Part shown: positions 19,730 to 27,993 of the stretch, in pieces
Position numbering within the stretch: the stretch's first letter is position 1
How the letters are laid out: each line of letters begins with the position of its first letter
Assembly: GCA_018824205.1 (NCBI GenBank)
Contig: JAHJGX010000253.1
Span: 126-64,125 of the forward strand
Reading direction: 5' to 3'
DNA from: a bacterium
GTDB lineage: Bacteria; Fidelibacterota; UBA2242
DNA: 64,000 bases
Notes under the pieces: generated by a model
Database searches by the model: none
What the model was told of the DNA's origin: nothing
Seen by the model: the letters and a program-made list of their open reading frames with translations, nothing else
Made by a program: the position numbers and the translations under genes

Positions 19730-19873
19730 AAACAAACCAGCCAATACGAAGGAAAATATTTTAAGGGCGTTTTGCTTACTCTTTCTCACAAAATTCTCCG
19801 AAACAAAAAAATTACAACAATAACTAATCACCTAAAGTTTAGATGATTTCAATTCAGGATAAAGAATAAATAC
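19712..19873. repeat. Diverged copy 2 of the lipoprotein gene 5' end (start codon lost)
   Basis: Encodes ENFVRKSKQNALKIFSFVLAGLFLVGCAT vs ENFVRKSNQNVIKITMFVFACLYLAGCAT; TTG replaced by TCG at 19799-19801. Confidence 0.9.
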
Positions 19874-19881
19874 GTCTGAAA

Positions 19882-20649
19882 TCAGAACGGTATTGAAAGG
19901 GTAACAAAATAGGGAACAACCGATTTTGAGACATCGCCGGTCGTTTCTTTTTCAGACAACTTTTGTTCCTGATAGTCATAAATCAGCCAGGCAACTCCAC
20001 TGCCCAGCAGACCGCCGGCAATCACATCGGATACAAAGTGACGGTTGTCCGTAATGCGTGAATAACCCACATACGCAGCCAGGGCATGGCTCCCGGCTGC
20101 ATAAATCCATTGTCCGGTTTTATTTCCGCTGCCGGAACCAAAATGATCCAGCACATACAGCGAACTATAACTGGCAATGGCAAAGCTGATCGAGGAATGC
20201 CCCGATGGAAAGGATTTATTCGCATCAAAAATATCTTCTTCCGGATAATTGCTTAAACACGGGCGCTCTCGGCCGATAATGTTTTTTACCACGTTGGTGA
20301 ATAAATAGGTGGCCGATAGTGTCTCGACCAATCCTTTGGAGTGATGGTAGGCGGATGGATTCAGCCAGCCGTCAGTGTTCGGAGTCAGGCCAATTCCCAG
20401 CGCCGTCACACCGGCCGCAGCATAGAGTTTTGAGCTCGAAATAGTGTTTTCATGATAGGGTTTATCGGTTGGGTTTTTGTAAATGGTCCTGCTGCTCCAG
20501 GCCGGTTGGCCATCAAGCCATTTCGCGGTATAAAACACAAGTCCGCCGGCGCCCCACTCCGCCAGTTCCGGAAAAAATCTGATCGGTTCGGCGGCGGATA
20601 CAGTTATTTTAAAACCAATCAGAAGAATCAAAACCCAGATCAATCGCAT
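19882..20649 (-). CDS. PAP2 family phosphatase
   Basis: KxxxGRERP, SFPSGH, SRxxxxRHxxSDV motifs. Confidence 0.92.
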   Translation of the reverse strand: MRLIWVLILLIGFKITVSAAEPIRFFPELAEWGAGGLVFYTAKWLDGQPAWSSRTIYKNPTDKPYHENTISSSKLYAAAGVTALGIGLTPNTDGWLNPSAYHHSKGLVETLSATYLFTNVVKNIIGRERPCLSNYPEEDIFDANKSFPSGHSSISFAIASYSSLYVLDHFGSGSGNKTGQWIYAAGSHALAAYVGYSRITDNRHFVSDVIAGGLLGSGVAWLIYDYQEQKLSEKETTGDVSKSVVPYFVTLSIPF

Positions 20650-20656
20650 GAATTTA

Positions 20657-21475
20657 TCACTTTTTTCCTAGCAGCTTCAGAAGTACATCGGGATGGTCGG
20701 TAATGATACCGTCTATCCCGACCTCGATCATTCGCAGCATCTCCGCTTCATCGTTCACTGTCCAGACGAGCACTTCGTAGCCGTGACGGTGCCATCGTTT
20801 CACCTTGTGCTTCCTGATGCGAACCCGCTCCTCAGCGATGATTGCGGGTTTGACCTTGCCGCGGAACAACAGGCGACGCAGCACAACTTTTTCAAAAAGA
20901 CTCAGATCTTCGTCCTTGAATGTTCCCGTGAGCATGCCCCGGCGAATATCGGGATTCTTCTCTTGAAGACGAACCAGCATATAAGGATTGAACGCGGTGA
21001 CAAAAACCTGATCGACCAGGCCCGCCCTTTCTATCTCGGCCACCACCGCATCTGCCAGAGGCTCGTGTGGCGTGCGATCTTTGATCTCAATATCAATCGG
21101 GACCAAGCCGCCAAAACGCTCAAGTACCTCCCGCAAAGTTGGAATCCGCTCACCGGCAAACTCTTCACCAAACCAGCTTCCTGCATCTAGCAATTTGATC
21201 TCCGCCAGTGACAAGTCGCCAATCTCTCCACTGCCATCGGTTGTCCTGTCAACAGTATCGTCATGGATAATCACCACTTCGCTGTCACTCGAAAGCGTAA
21301 CATCCAGCTCAAAACCGACCCCAAGGTCGGCTGCCGCCTGAAATGCAGCCATAGTATTCTCGGGAGCAATACCGGAAAAACCGCGGTGGGCAATCACCTG
21401 AATATCACCGGCCCAGATAAATGTTACGAGCAGGAAAATGATTAATGCTATTCTGAGTATGTTTTTGGATTTCAT
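20657..21475 (-). CDS. Glycerophosphodiester phosphodiesterase
   Basis: IAHRG, PENT, ELDV, HD, WTVN, GIITD motifs. Confidence 0.92.
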   Translation of the reverse strand: MKSKNILRIALIIFLLVTFIWAGDIQVIAHRGFSGIAPENTMAAFQAAADLGVGFELDVTLSSDSEVVIIHDDTVDRTTDGSGEIGDLSLAEIKLLDAGSWFGEEFAGERIPTLREVLERFGGLVPIDIEIKDRTPHEPLADAVVAEIERAGLVDQVFVTAFNPYMLVRLQEKNPDIRRGMLTGTFKDEDLSLFEKVVLRRLLFRGKVKPAIIAEERVRIRKHKVKRWHRHGYEVLVWTVNDEAEMLRMIEVGIDGIITDHPDVLLKLLGKK

Positions 21476-21623
21476 GTTAGCCTCCTTTGTAAAGATAGGA
21501 ATATTGGCTGCATCGGGCAAGCCTATTTATAAAAACATGCTGGGATGTTTGGATACAGCAAGCGCAAACGGGCTGCCAATAAATTCTGTTTGATAGTGAT
21601 TTTATCGGTAGAAAAAGCAGGGT

Positions 21624-21803
21624 TTACTCTACCGGTTTGTAAAAACAAACTTTTGGAGATTCCACCTTGCCCTGATCTTTCAGGGTCTTGATTGCTTTGG
21701 CTACCTGGGCTTTATCCACATTAATCATCTCGGCAATGTCACCCGCCTTCACTGGTTTTCCCGCTTTTTTCATGGCTTCCAGTACTTTGTGTTCTAATTC
21801 CAT
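21624..21803 (-). CDS. Small winged-helix (HTH) protein, 59 aa (not in ORF track)
   Basis: MELEHKVLEAMKKAGKPVKAGDIAEMINVDKAQVAKAIKTLKDQGKVESPKVCFYKPVE; AGGAG upstream. Confidence 0.85.
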   Translation of the reverse strand: MELEHKVLEAMKKAGKPVKAGDIAEMINVDKAQVAKAIKTLKDQGKVESPKVCFYKPVE

Positions 21804-22039
21804 CTCTTACTCCTGTAATTAATTATTTACACATTAATCTATTTTAACTATTTGATCGGCAAAAGACAACGTCATTACGATTATTGAATATAAGCTCTGT
21901 TATAACTATCATCGCTTTCATAATTATGATAATTGCCCGGATGAATTACATGAACCTTGCAAATACCGACACTCCCTTTTTTTAGAATAAAGATCTACTT
22001 GAACAGTTTTGCCAAATGCACGGAAACTGGACTGTTTCT

Positions 22040-22142
22040 GGTCTCCCTGGTAATTTTAATCGTAATTACCGGTTTAATTGTTGTATTTCAGTCATTAAAA
22101 GCCGCGTCTGCCAACCGGGTGGATTCAATTAAATATAAGTAA
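22040..22142 (+). pseudogene. 3' remnant of a MacB/FtsX-like ABC permease
   Basis: QSLKAASANRVDSIKYK* resembles the conserved KAAxANPVDSLRYE tail. Confidence 0.55.
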
Positions 22143-22622
22143 TTATTGATCTCCGGCAAACGCTTTCTGGCACCTCGATAACGACGGCGTTTTCTGGTTG
22201 AGATATCAGTCACTCTGGGAATACCCGTTTTCTCGTCACTATTCCCCCTAAAATAACGTCTTTGGAGCATTTTTACCAAAACTCAACTTAGATCTTCCTG
22301 GCTGTGCCCTGAAAAGTCAGGTTTTTTATCCCGGCGGCACTGCAGAGCAGTCTAATCATAACCCCGCCTCTCATTACGATGCTGAGAATCACCAGGCGCA
22401 CAGCAATACTGGAATATCATAGCTGGTAGAATTAATATATTCGATATCTACAAAATAGATCCTTAATAATTTCAGCGATACGGTGTATGCTTTTAAAAAT
22501 TTCTAAAATATTCTATTTTTATTGTAAAATGAAATCACTGTAATTAAATTTACAACAGCTTCTTGAAAATATGTTTTTATACTAATCCCATAACAACAAA
22601 CCCATAAAAGAAGGAGTTTAAA

Positions 22623-23060
22623 ATGAATGCTAAAAAAATGGTTATCTTAATGACTGTGTTTTTAGTTTCTTTTTTTACTGTTTTGGCTCAAACTGAAAAA
22701 AAAGTCGATGATCCATTAGAATGTTTGAAAAAGGATCTTAATCTGACCGAACAGCAGGTTAAACTGATTAAGCCCGTCTGGGAAAAAGCTGCGGCGGATA
22801 TCAAAGCCCTAAAGAGCAAAGCAACCATGGAAAAGCCGGTCGACAAAAATTCGATACAAAAGATCGAGGAAGATCGGGAAGCTCAAACCGTAAATATTCT
22901 TACTCCTGAACAAAAAATGAAGTACAAAGAGATGAAACTGAAAGAGGCTGAAAAACCAAAATGTTCTCAAGCACCGGCACCCGCACCGGAAAAGCTAAAA
23001 GAGGCTGATAAGGCAAAGTGTCCTCAGGCACCCGCACCAGCACCGGAAAAGAAGAAATAA
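22623..23060 (+). CDS. Secreted Spy/CpxP-like helical protein with C-terminal tandem repeats
   Basis: Signal peptide; LNLTEQQ and ILTPEQ motifs; two 19-aa repeats. Confidence 0.7.
   Translation: MNAKKMVILMTVFLVSFFTVLAQTEKKVDDPLECLKKDLNLTEQQVKLIKPVWEKAAADIKALKSKATMEKPVDKNSIQKIEEDREAQTVNILTPEQKMKYKEMKLKEAEKPKCSQAPAPAPEKLKEADKAKCPQAPAPAPEKKK
22935..23048 (+). repeat. 2 x 57 bp coding tandem repeat
   Basis: KLKEAEKPKCSQAPAPAPE / KLKEADKAKCPQAPAPAPE. Confidence 0.9.
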
Positions 23061-23086
23061 TCTCAAATTGATTAAAACATTTGAAG

Positions 23087-23128
23087 TTAAAGGCTGTTCA
23101 TGATTATGAGCAGCCTTTAATTTTCTTT
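23087..23128 (+). terminator. Rho-independent terminator
   Basis: TTAAAGGCTGTTCAT-GATT-ATGAGCAGCCTTTAA followed by TTTTCTTT. Confidence 0.85.
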
Positions 23129-23166
23129 CGTCGCAATGCTCCCGGCCTGAGGAGAAAAACAAGCTT

Positions 23167-23272
23167 TTACATTTTCAATAGCTGACGCCTTTGTTCTATG
23201 AGCGAAGTAAAAATTTCTTTCGTTACTTCCGGGAGAAAACTCTTCTTAATAAGTTCATACCACCGATCAAAT
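23167..23272 (-). pseudogene. C-terminal remnant of a HipA-family toxin
   Basis: FDRWYELIKKSFLPEVTKEIFTSLIEQRRQLLKM* resembles the HipA C-terminal WxxLIxxSFL...LIxxR pattern. Confidence 0.5.
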
Positions 23273-23493
23273 GAATACGAAAATCTTGCCGGTCAAGTAT
23301 AAACCGGCAATGTTCAAGGATTTTTACTGGAATAAAAGTAAAACATGGAGAATAATCAGATATTTTGCAGGATAATTAGAAATACAGCAATAATTGCTGT
23401 TAAAACAGTATTTATCTTGCTTCGTTATAACTTGGTAATCTGATAAAATAACTTTTCGCAAAGTTGCTTTATACAATGTTTCACCATTAAGTA

Positions 23494-23652
23494 TTTAGGA
23501 GTAGCCCCGGATTTTAATCCGGGGACCTGTTGAAGTGGTTGAGGAGGGGGAGCTACGACTTCTTATCCCCGCATTAAAATGCGGGGTTACCCTTTGCTTT
23601 GGCGGAATTCATCCTCAAATTGAAACATGGGGCTGCTCCTAAATCATCATTC
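23494..23652. repeat. GTAG-type REP/REPIN element 1
   Basis: TTTAGGA-GTAG-CCCCGG-ATTTTAAT-CCGGGG ... CCCCGCATTAAAATGCGGGG-TTAC ... CATGGGG-CTGC-TCCTAAA. Confidence 0.85.
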
Positions 23653-23722
23653 GTTAATCCTTGTTATTAGATCAAATCCATACATTTTACTATTGACCTG
23701 TTCCTTGCAATTCATTACATTT

Positions 23723-23742
23723 ACTCATCGTTAACAATGAGT
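23723..23742 (+). promoter_or_regulatory. Palindromic operator upstream of abiEi
   Basis: ACTCATCGTTAACAATGAGT, near-perfect palindrome just before the start codon. Confidence 0.65.
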
Positions 23743-23749
23743 TATTGAA

Positions 23750-24367
23750 ATGAAATGGCAAGACTTCCTCAAACGGTTCGGCAACGAGATTATCTTTGAA
23801 TCCGGCAGTATTTCTGTCGGAGAGGCAAGAAGCCGCAACATTCAGAATAGATTATACCAGTGGGTGATGCAAGGAAAGCTCATTAAACTCCGCAGGGGCA
23901 TTTATACATTTTGCGCACCCTATCGAAAAGAAACGCCATCAAGCGAATTGATTGCAAACCGGCTGGTGTACCCGTCATATATTTCACTGACTTATGCTCT
24001 CTTTTTTTACAATCTCATTCCTGAAGGCGTCTTTACAGTTACAAATGTCACGACGGATCGCGGGCAATTTTTCACCAATCCATTCGGAAGATTCCGTTAT
24101 CATCATATCAGCGCGGATTATTTCTGGGGGTATTATCTCCTGGATCAGGGATCGCATCAAATTTCGATTGCCTACCCCGAAAAAGCCATTCTTGATTTTT
24201 TCTACTTTCTGAAAGGTGATATATCTTCAGACAGAATCACAGAAATGAGGTTTCAAAACCTGGATCAACTTTCGGCAGAAAGGATGATCGATTATCTCCG
24301 AAAGTTTAATCGTCCAAAACTATATCGAATAATGCAGTTAGCGCCCTTTAATAAATTTATCAAATAA
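23750..24367 (+). CDS. abiEi: Type IV TA antitoxin, AbiEi family
   Basis: wHTH LIKLRRGIY, PSYISLTYAL, PEKAILD. Confidence 0.85.
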   Translation: MKWQDFLKRFGNEIIFESGSISVGEARSRNIQNRLYQWVMQGKLIKLRRGIYTFCAPYRKETPSSELIANRLVYPSYISLTYALFFYNLIPEGVFTVTNVTTDRGQFFTNPFGRFRYHHISADYFWGYYLLDQGSHQISIAYPEKAILDFFYFLKGDISSDRITEMRFQNLDQLSAERMIDYLRKFNRPKLYRIMQLAPFNKFIK

Positions 24368-24381
24368 GGTTCGGATTTTAC

Positions 24382-25182
24382 TTGAAACAACATGCTATCG
24401 AGATTGCGAAACACGTTCCAACAGGATTCCATCGACAAAACCTTTTGAGAGAATATCTGCAAGCCGAGATTTTATATGCAATGCAGCGATCGGGCGCTTT
24501 TCTGAATCTCGCTTTTGTCGGCGGCACAGCCCTGCGGTTTTTATATCAACTTCCCCGATATTCTGTTGATCTGGATTTTTCTCTCGAAAACACCCAAAAT
24601 TATGATTTTCCGAAACTTATCAAAAAAATTGAATCCCGATTGATCAAAGCCGGATATAGATTTTCATCAACAGCAAAAATTGATCGCACCGTACAATCCA
24701 TGACAGTAAAATTTGAAGATCTGTTACAGGAAGCCGGTTTGGCTGCTCAATCAAATCAAAAACTATCCATTAAAATTGAAATCGACCGTAATCCTCCCGC
24801 AGGCGCTGACACCGATTCTACGATTATCCGCAAACACTTCTTTTTACATTTGTGGCATCATCATATCTCTTCCCTTTTTTCAGGAAAAATACACGCCCTG
24901 CTGACCCGCAAATGGACAAAAGGCCGAGATATTTACGATTTGATCTGGTATCTCACTTTAACGAATAAAGTCGGTCCCAATTTTACTCATCTGAATAATG
25001 CACTTGTACAGACCAGGTGGAAAGAACAGCCGTTGACGCCGCAAAACTGGAAGATGTTTATCGCTGACTATCTAAAAAAGCTGGAATGGGACAGTGTCGT
25101 CGATGACGTTCGGGATTTCCTGGAGAATCCGGAAGATGTGGATTTGCTGGATCGGAATAATGTGATGAGATTGTTGATATAA
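24382..25182 (+). CDS. abiEii: Type IV TA toxin, AbiEii nucleotidyltransferase
   Basis: FVGGTAL, RYSVDLDF, GKIHAL, KGRDIYDL. Confidence 0.9.
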   Translation: MKQHAIEIAKHVPTGFHRQNLLREYLQAEILYAMQRSGAFLNLAFVGGTALRFLYQLPRYSVDLDFSLENTQNYDFPKLIKKIESRLIKAGYRFSSTAKIDRTVQSMTVKFEDLLQEAGLAAQSNQKLSIKIEIDRNPPAGADTDSTIIRKHFFLHLWHHHISSLFSGKIHALLTRKWTKGRDIYDLIWYLTLTNKVGPNFTHLNNALVQTRWKEQPLTPQNWKMFIADYLKKLEWDSVVDDVRDFLENPEDVDLLDRNNVMRLLI

Positions 25183-25240
25183 ATATAGTTTCAAACTACG
25201 AATTACACTAATTTTACCAATTAGTTTTGACCAGCGCTGT

Positions 25241-25325
25241 AAACCACTGAAGTGGGTGAGGAAGGTAGTGGTCTGGTTTCTCTTTCCCCATGTTGAAACA
25301 TGGGGCTACTCCTAAATCATCATTC
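25241..25325. repeat. GTAG-type REP/REPIN element 2 (right half)
   Basis: AACCACTGAAGTGG ... CCCCATGTTGAAACATGGGG-CTAC-TCCTAAATCATCATTC. Confidence 0.85.
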
Positions 25326-25399
25326 ATCCGTTCCGGGAGGGAGCCCCAGAATGAAAGATGGTATTATTTTGCTATTATAAAATCAATGGAGATCAACCA

Positions 25400-25432
25400 A
25401 ACCTTGCGAAGGTTCGGAACCTTCGCAAGGTT
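25400..25432. repeat. Perfect 15-3-15 palindrome (REP-like or bidirectional terminator)
   Basis: AACCTTGCGAAGGTT-CGG-AACCTTCGCAAGGTT, 3 nt from the stop of the minus-strand gene. Confidence 0.85.
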
Positions 25433-25435
25433 GCT

Positions 25436-27562
25436 TTATTTCTTCCCAGTATCAAAAACAGGAATGTTGGTTGTGCTGGTGCTTTTTGAAGGAACACTGT
25501 AAGACCTCATTGGAGTTAAATTCTCAAGATTGTATAAAACTATAAATATTCTTGCCTCAAAGTCTGAAGGTTTTCCATGACCACCAAATGTTGATGGATT
25601 CATTATATGGTTTGGATAAGTACTATGCTCTATAAACATGAGTTGGTGACCTGTTTCATGTGAAACCATCCGTGTTACATTTTCAATCTCCAAAGGTTCA
25701 TAATCAGGAAGACCTCTTAATCTGACAATTCCTTTTTTTGGCAGAAAATTTTCATAAATCATTGATGAATAAGCTGCGCCAGGGCCGTAATTATATTTCA
25801 TCCTTCCTCCTGTTTCTGGATTTAAATCTACTTCTGTAAAAACCTCAAATGGTTCAATATTCATCTCTTCTGCTGCCTTTTGCACTGCCTTATTCCAGCT
25901 GTCAAAGCCTTTCCAGACGCTGTCAGCATATGCTGCTCCTCTTCCTTCAAAAATGTCATAAGCACCTGTTGTATCCAGATAGGTTCTGTTTAGCCAGCAG
26001 CTTACTGGCAGATTATTCCATCTCCTGATATCAAAAACAGGTGCTGTATCTAATTTAGTCAGGAATTTGAAGAAACTCAACAAATCCTCACCAGTAACCG
26101 GATCAGTATACTGTTCAATCATCTGTGTTACATCTATGTTTGTGTTTCCATTTACTCCCATGTCTTTGTCATAATTATAATAGCCTGCTTTTTTTACTGA
26201 AAATGTTTTCTCTCCTGGGCTTCTTACCTTTAACTCAAAATATCCAGAATCTGAAAATGCAGTTGCAGTGCCAAAAGAAACAACAGCAGAATCAACACCA
26301 AACATATTAGGAACCTGCTTAAGAAAGCCGGAAAGCAAATAAAAACCGGTTTCAGCACCAGAAGAATTGCTTACAGAAGAAACATTGCCCTTTTCATCCA
26401 AAGCTTTAATAGCAGCATAGATTGTGTCAGAGATGTCAGAATAAATATTCATAGTCTGCACTGAACCAGCATTAAAAGGAACAGGTTCGCCATTAACATC
26501 AACTGAAGAATTCCAATTAGAGGAATCAATAGGAACAGAATTAATTCTCACAACATAAGCAGATGCTTTTCCAACATTGCCATCATCTCCAGGAGCTGTC
26601 CACTGAAGAGCAATAGCACCAACATTAGAAGTGGAAACATTCAAGTCATTAACAACAGCAGGAGACACATCATCAAAAAGTGAAGCCAGAACAGTAAACG
26701 CAGTGTCATTCAGAAGATGAATCGTCCGTGAAACAGTTTCAATCTTCGGACTTGTTGAGTCGGTATTCTCAAACGTAAGTTGACATTCATTGGGAAAAGA
26801 ATGAAGTGATTTGGCAAGCGGTTGTTTCAGCGGCTTACCGGCGCTGACATAAGTGGAATGATTACCACCTCCTTCCATACAGAGACACTTGCGGCTGCGC
26901 GTCCCCGCCGGAGTTTGCAGTTGAATGATATAGACGCCGCTGGCGACGGCGCGCCCGGTTTTGCCCGTGCCGTTCCAGTATATTGTATGATTAGCTGCGG
27001 AATACAGCCGATCAGTAAGGGTTACGACATGGCTGCCCGTGATGGAATATATTGAAATTTTCACCGGTAACGGTTTGTCCAATGAAAACGGAATGCAGGT
27101 TCCGGGATTGAAGGGATTGGGATAATTTTGATACAGCTGAAAGCTCCGTGGAACATCGGGCGTATCGTCGACGGACAGCGCCATATTTTGAAAGAAGGCA
27201 ACGCCGTTGCTGTCGGTGATGGCGTTAAGAGTTTCACCGGTCCAGCTGTTCTGCAGGGTTCCCAGGGCATTGTGCACCGGCTGATTGTCGGCTGACAGCG
27301 TTACCTGCACATCGGCGGTCTGTGCCGGCAGGAAGCCGGACGTCAGGACCAGCAGGAACATCAGAATAATGATAAATGCCGGCGGTCCGCGGGACCGGCT
27401 ATGGGACATCAGCGGGATTTTTGAATGGCGAACGCGGAGGCGTTGTTTCACGCGGGGCAGAGCATACCAGCGTCCCTTGCCGTTCAGCAAATCCAGGTTG
27501 GGCATCTCCCGCAGGGATTCCCATACTACTGCTTTCAGATTGCTTTCGAGGTTACCGGCCAT
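25436..27562 (-). CDS. Secreted mosaic protein: internal FlgD-Ig/CTD-like domain, FN3-like domain, C-terminal zincin metalloprotease (start uncertain)
   Basis: QNYPNPFN...WNG...ASGVY; WTAPGDDG; HETGHQLMFIEHS...IM (HExxH). Confidence 0.7.
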   Translation of the reverse strand: MAGNLESNLKAVVWESLREMPNLDLLNGKGRWYALPRVKQRLRVRHSKIPLMSHSRSRGPPAFIIILMFLLVLTSGFLPAQTADVQVTLSADNQPVHNALGTLQNSWTGETLNAITDSNGVAFFQNMALSVDDTPDVPRSFQLYQNYPNPFNPGTCIPFSLDKPLPVKISIYSITGSHVVTLTDRLYSAANHTIYWNGTGKTGRAVASGVYIIQLQTPAGTRSRKCLCMEGGGNHSTYVSAGKPLKQPLAKSLHSFPNECQLTFENTDSTSPKIETVSRTIHLLNDTAFTVLASLFDDVSPAVVNDLNVSTSNVGAIALQWTAPGDDGNVGKASAYVVRINSVPIDSSNWNSSVDVNGEPVPFNAGSVQTMNIYSDISDTIYAAIKALDEKGNVSSVSNSSGAETGFYLLSGFLKQVPNMFGVDSAVVSFGTATAFSDSGYFELKVRSPGEKTFSVKKAGYYNYDKDMGVNGNTNIDVTQMIEQYTDPVTGEDLLSFFKFLTKLDTAPVFDIRRWNNLPVSCWLNRTYLDTTGAYDIFEGRGAAYADSVWKGFDSWNKAVQKAAEEMNIEPFEVFTEVDLNPETGGRMKYNYGPGAAYSSMIYENFLPKKGIVRLRGLPDYEPLEIENVTRMVSHETGHQLMFIEHSTYPNHIMNPSTFGGHGKPSDFEARIFIVLYNLENLTPMRSYSVPSKSTSTTNIPVFDTGKK

Positions 27563-27622
27563 AATCTGTTATTATAGCCGATAAAATCATTAGTTTCAAT
27601 GAATTTATCACACAATTGAATC

Positions 27623-27770
27623 TTTAGGAGTAGCCCCGGATTTTAATCCGGGGACCTGCCATCAACTCTACACGCCTGAACCGTTTCAACGGTTTACAAA
27701 AAACCACTGAAGTGGTTGAGGAGGGGGTGGCATGGTTTCTCATTCCCCGTGTTGAAACATGGGGCTACTC
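27623..27770. repeat. GTAG-type REP/REPIN element 3 (complete, four hairpins)
   Basis: First 36 bp identical to 23494-23529; inner AACCGTTTCAACGGTT and AACCACTGAAGTGGTT; ends CATGGGGCTACTC. Confidence 0.9.
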
Positions 27771-27807
27771 TTACCTCAGACGCCCTTGTCTGAGGGATTT
27801 ACAACAA

Positions 27808-27993
27808 TCAAGAGTGATTGTTGTACGTTTCCAACTCATCACAATCCGCACCGCAACTGTCTTTCATCAGGCAGGAATCACAGACCGATTGCGGCTTTTT
27901 TACTGTTTTATAAAACCGTTTAAACAGCGCAATTACACTGGCAATAACCACAACTGCAACAATAATAATTTGCCAGCTCACTTTACCCTCCAA
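27808..27993 (-). CDS. FeoB-associated Cys-rich membrane protein
   Basis: TM helix then CDSC...C...C; overlaps the feoB stop. Confidence 0.8.
   Translation of the reverse strand: MEGKVSWQIIIVAVVVIASVIALFKRFYKTVKKPQSVCDSCLMKDSCGADCDELETYNNHS

Noticed and set aside
19526-19831. 101-aa minus-strand ORF as a gene
   Set aside because: Chimera of the dead signal-peptide copy and S8 antisense sequence; the original start codon is mutated.
23494-27770. CRISPR array
   Set aside because: Repeats are kilobases apart, internally palindromic REP-like units without regular spacers; no cas genes.
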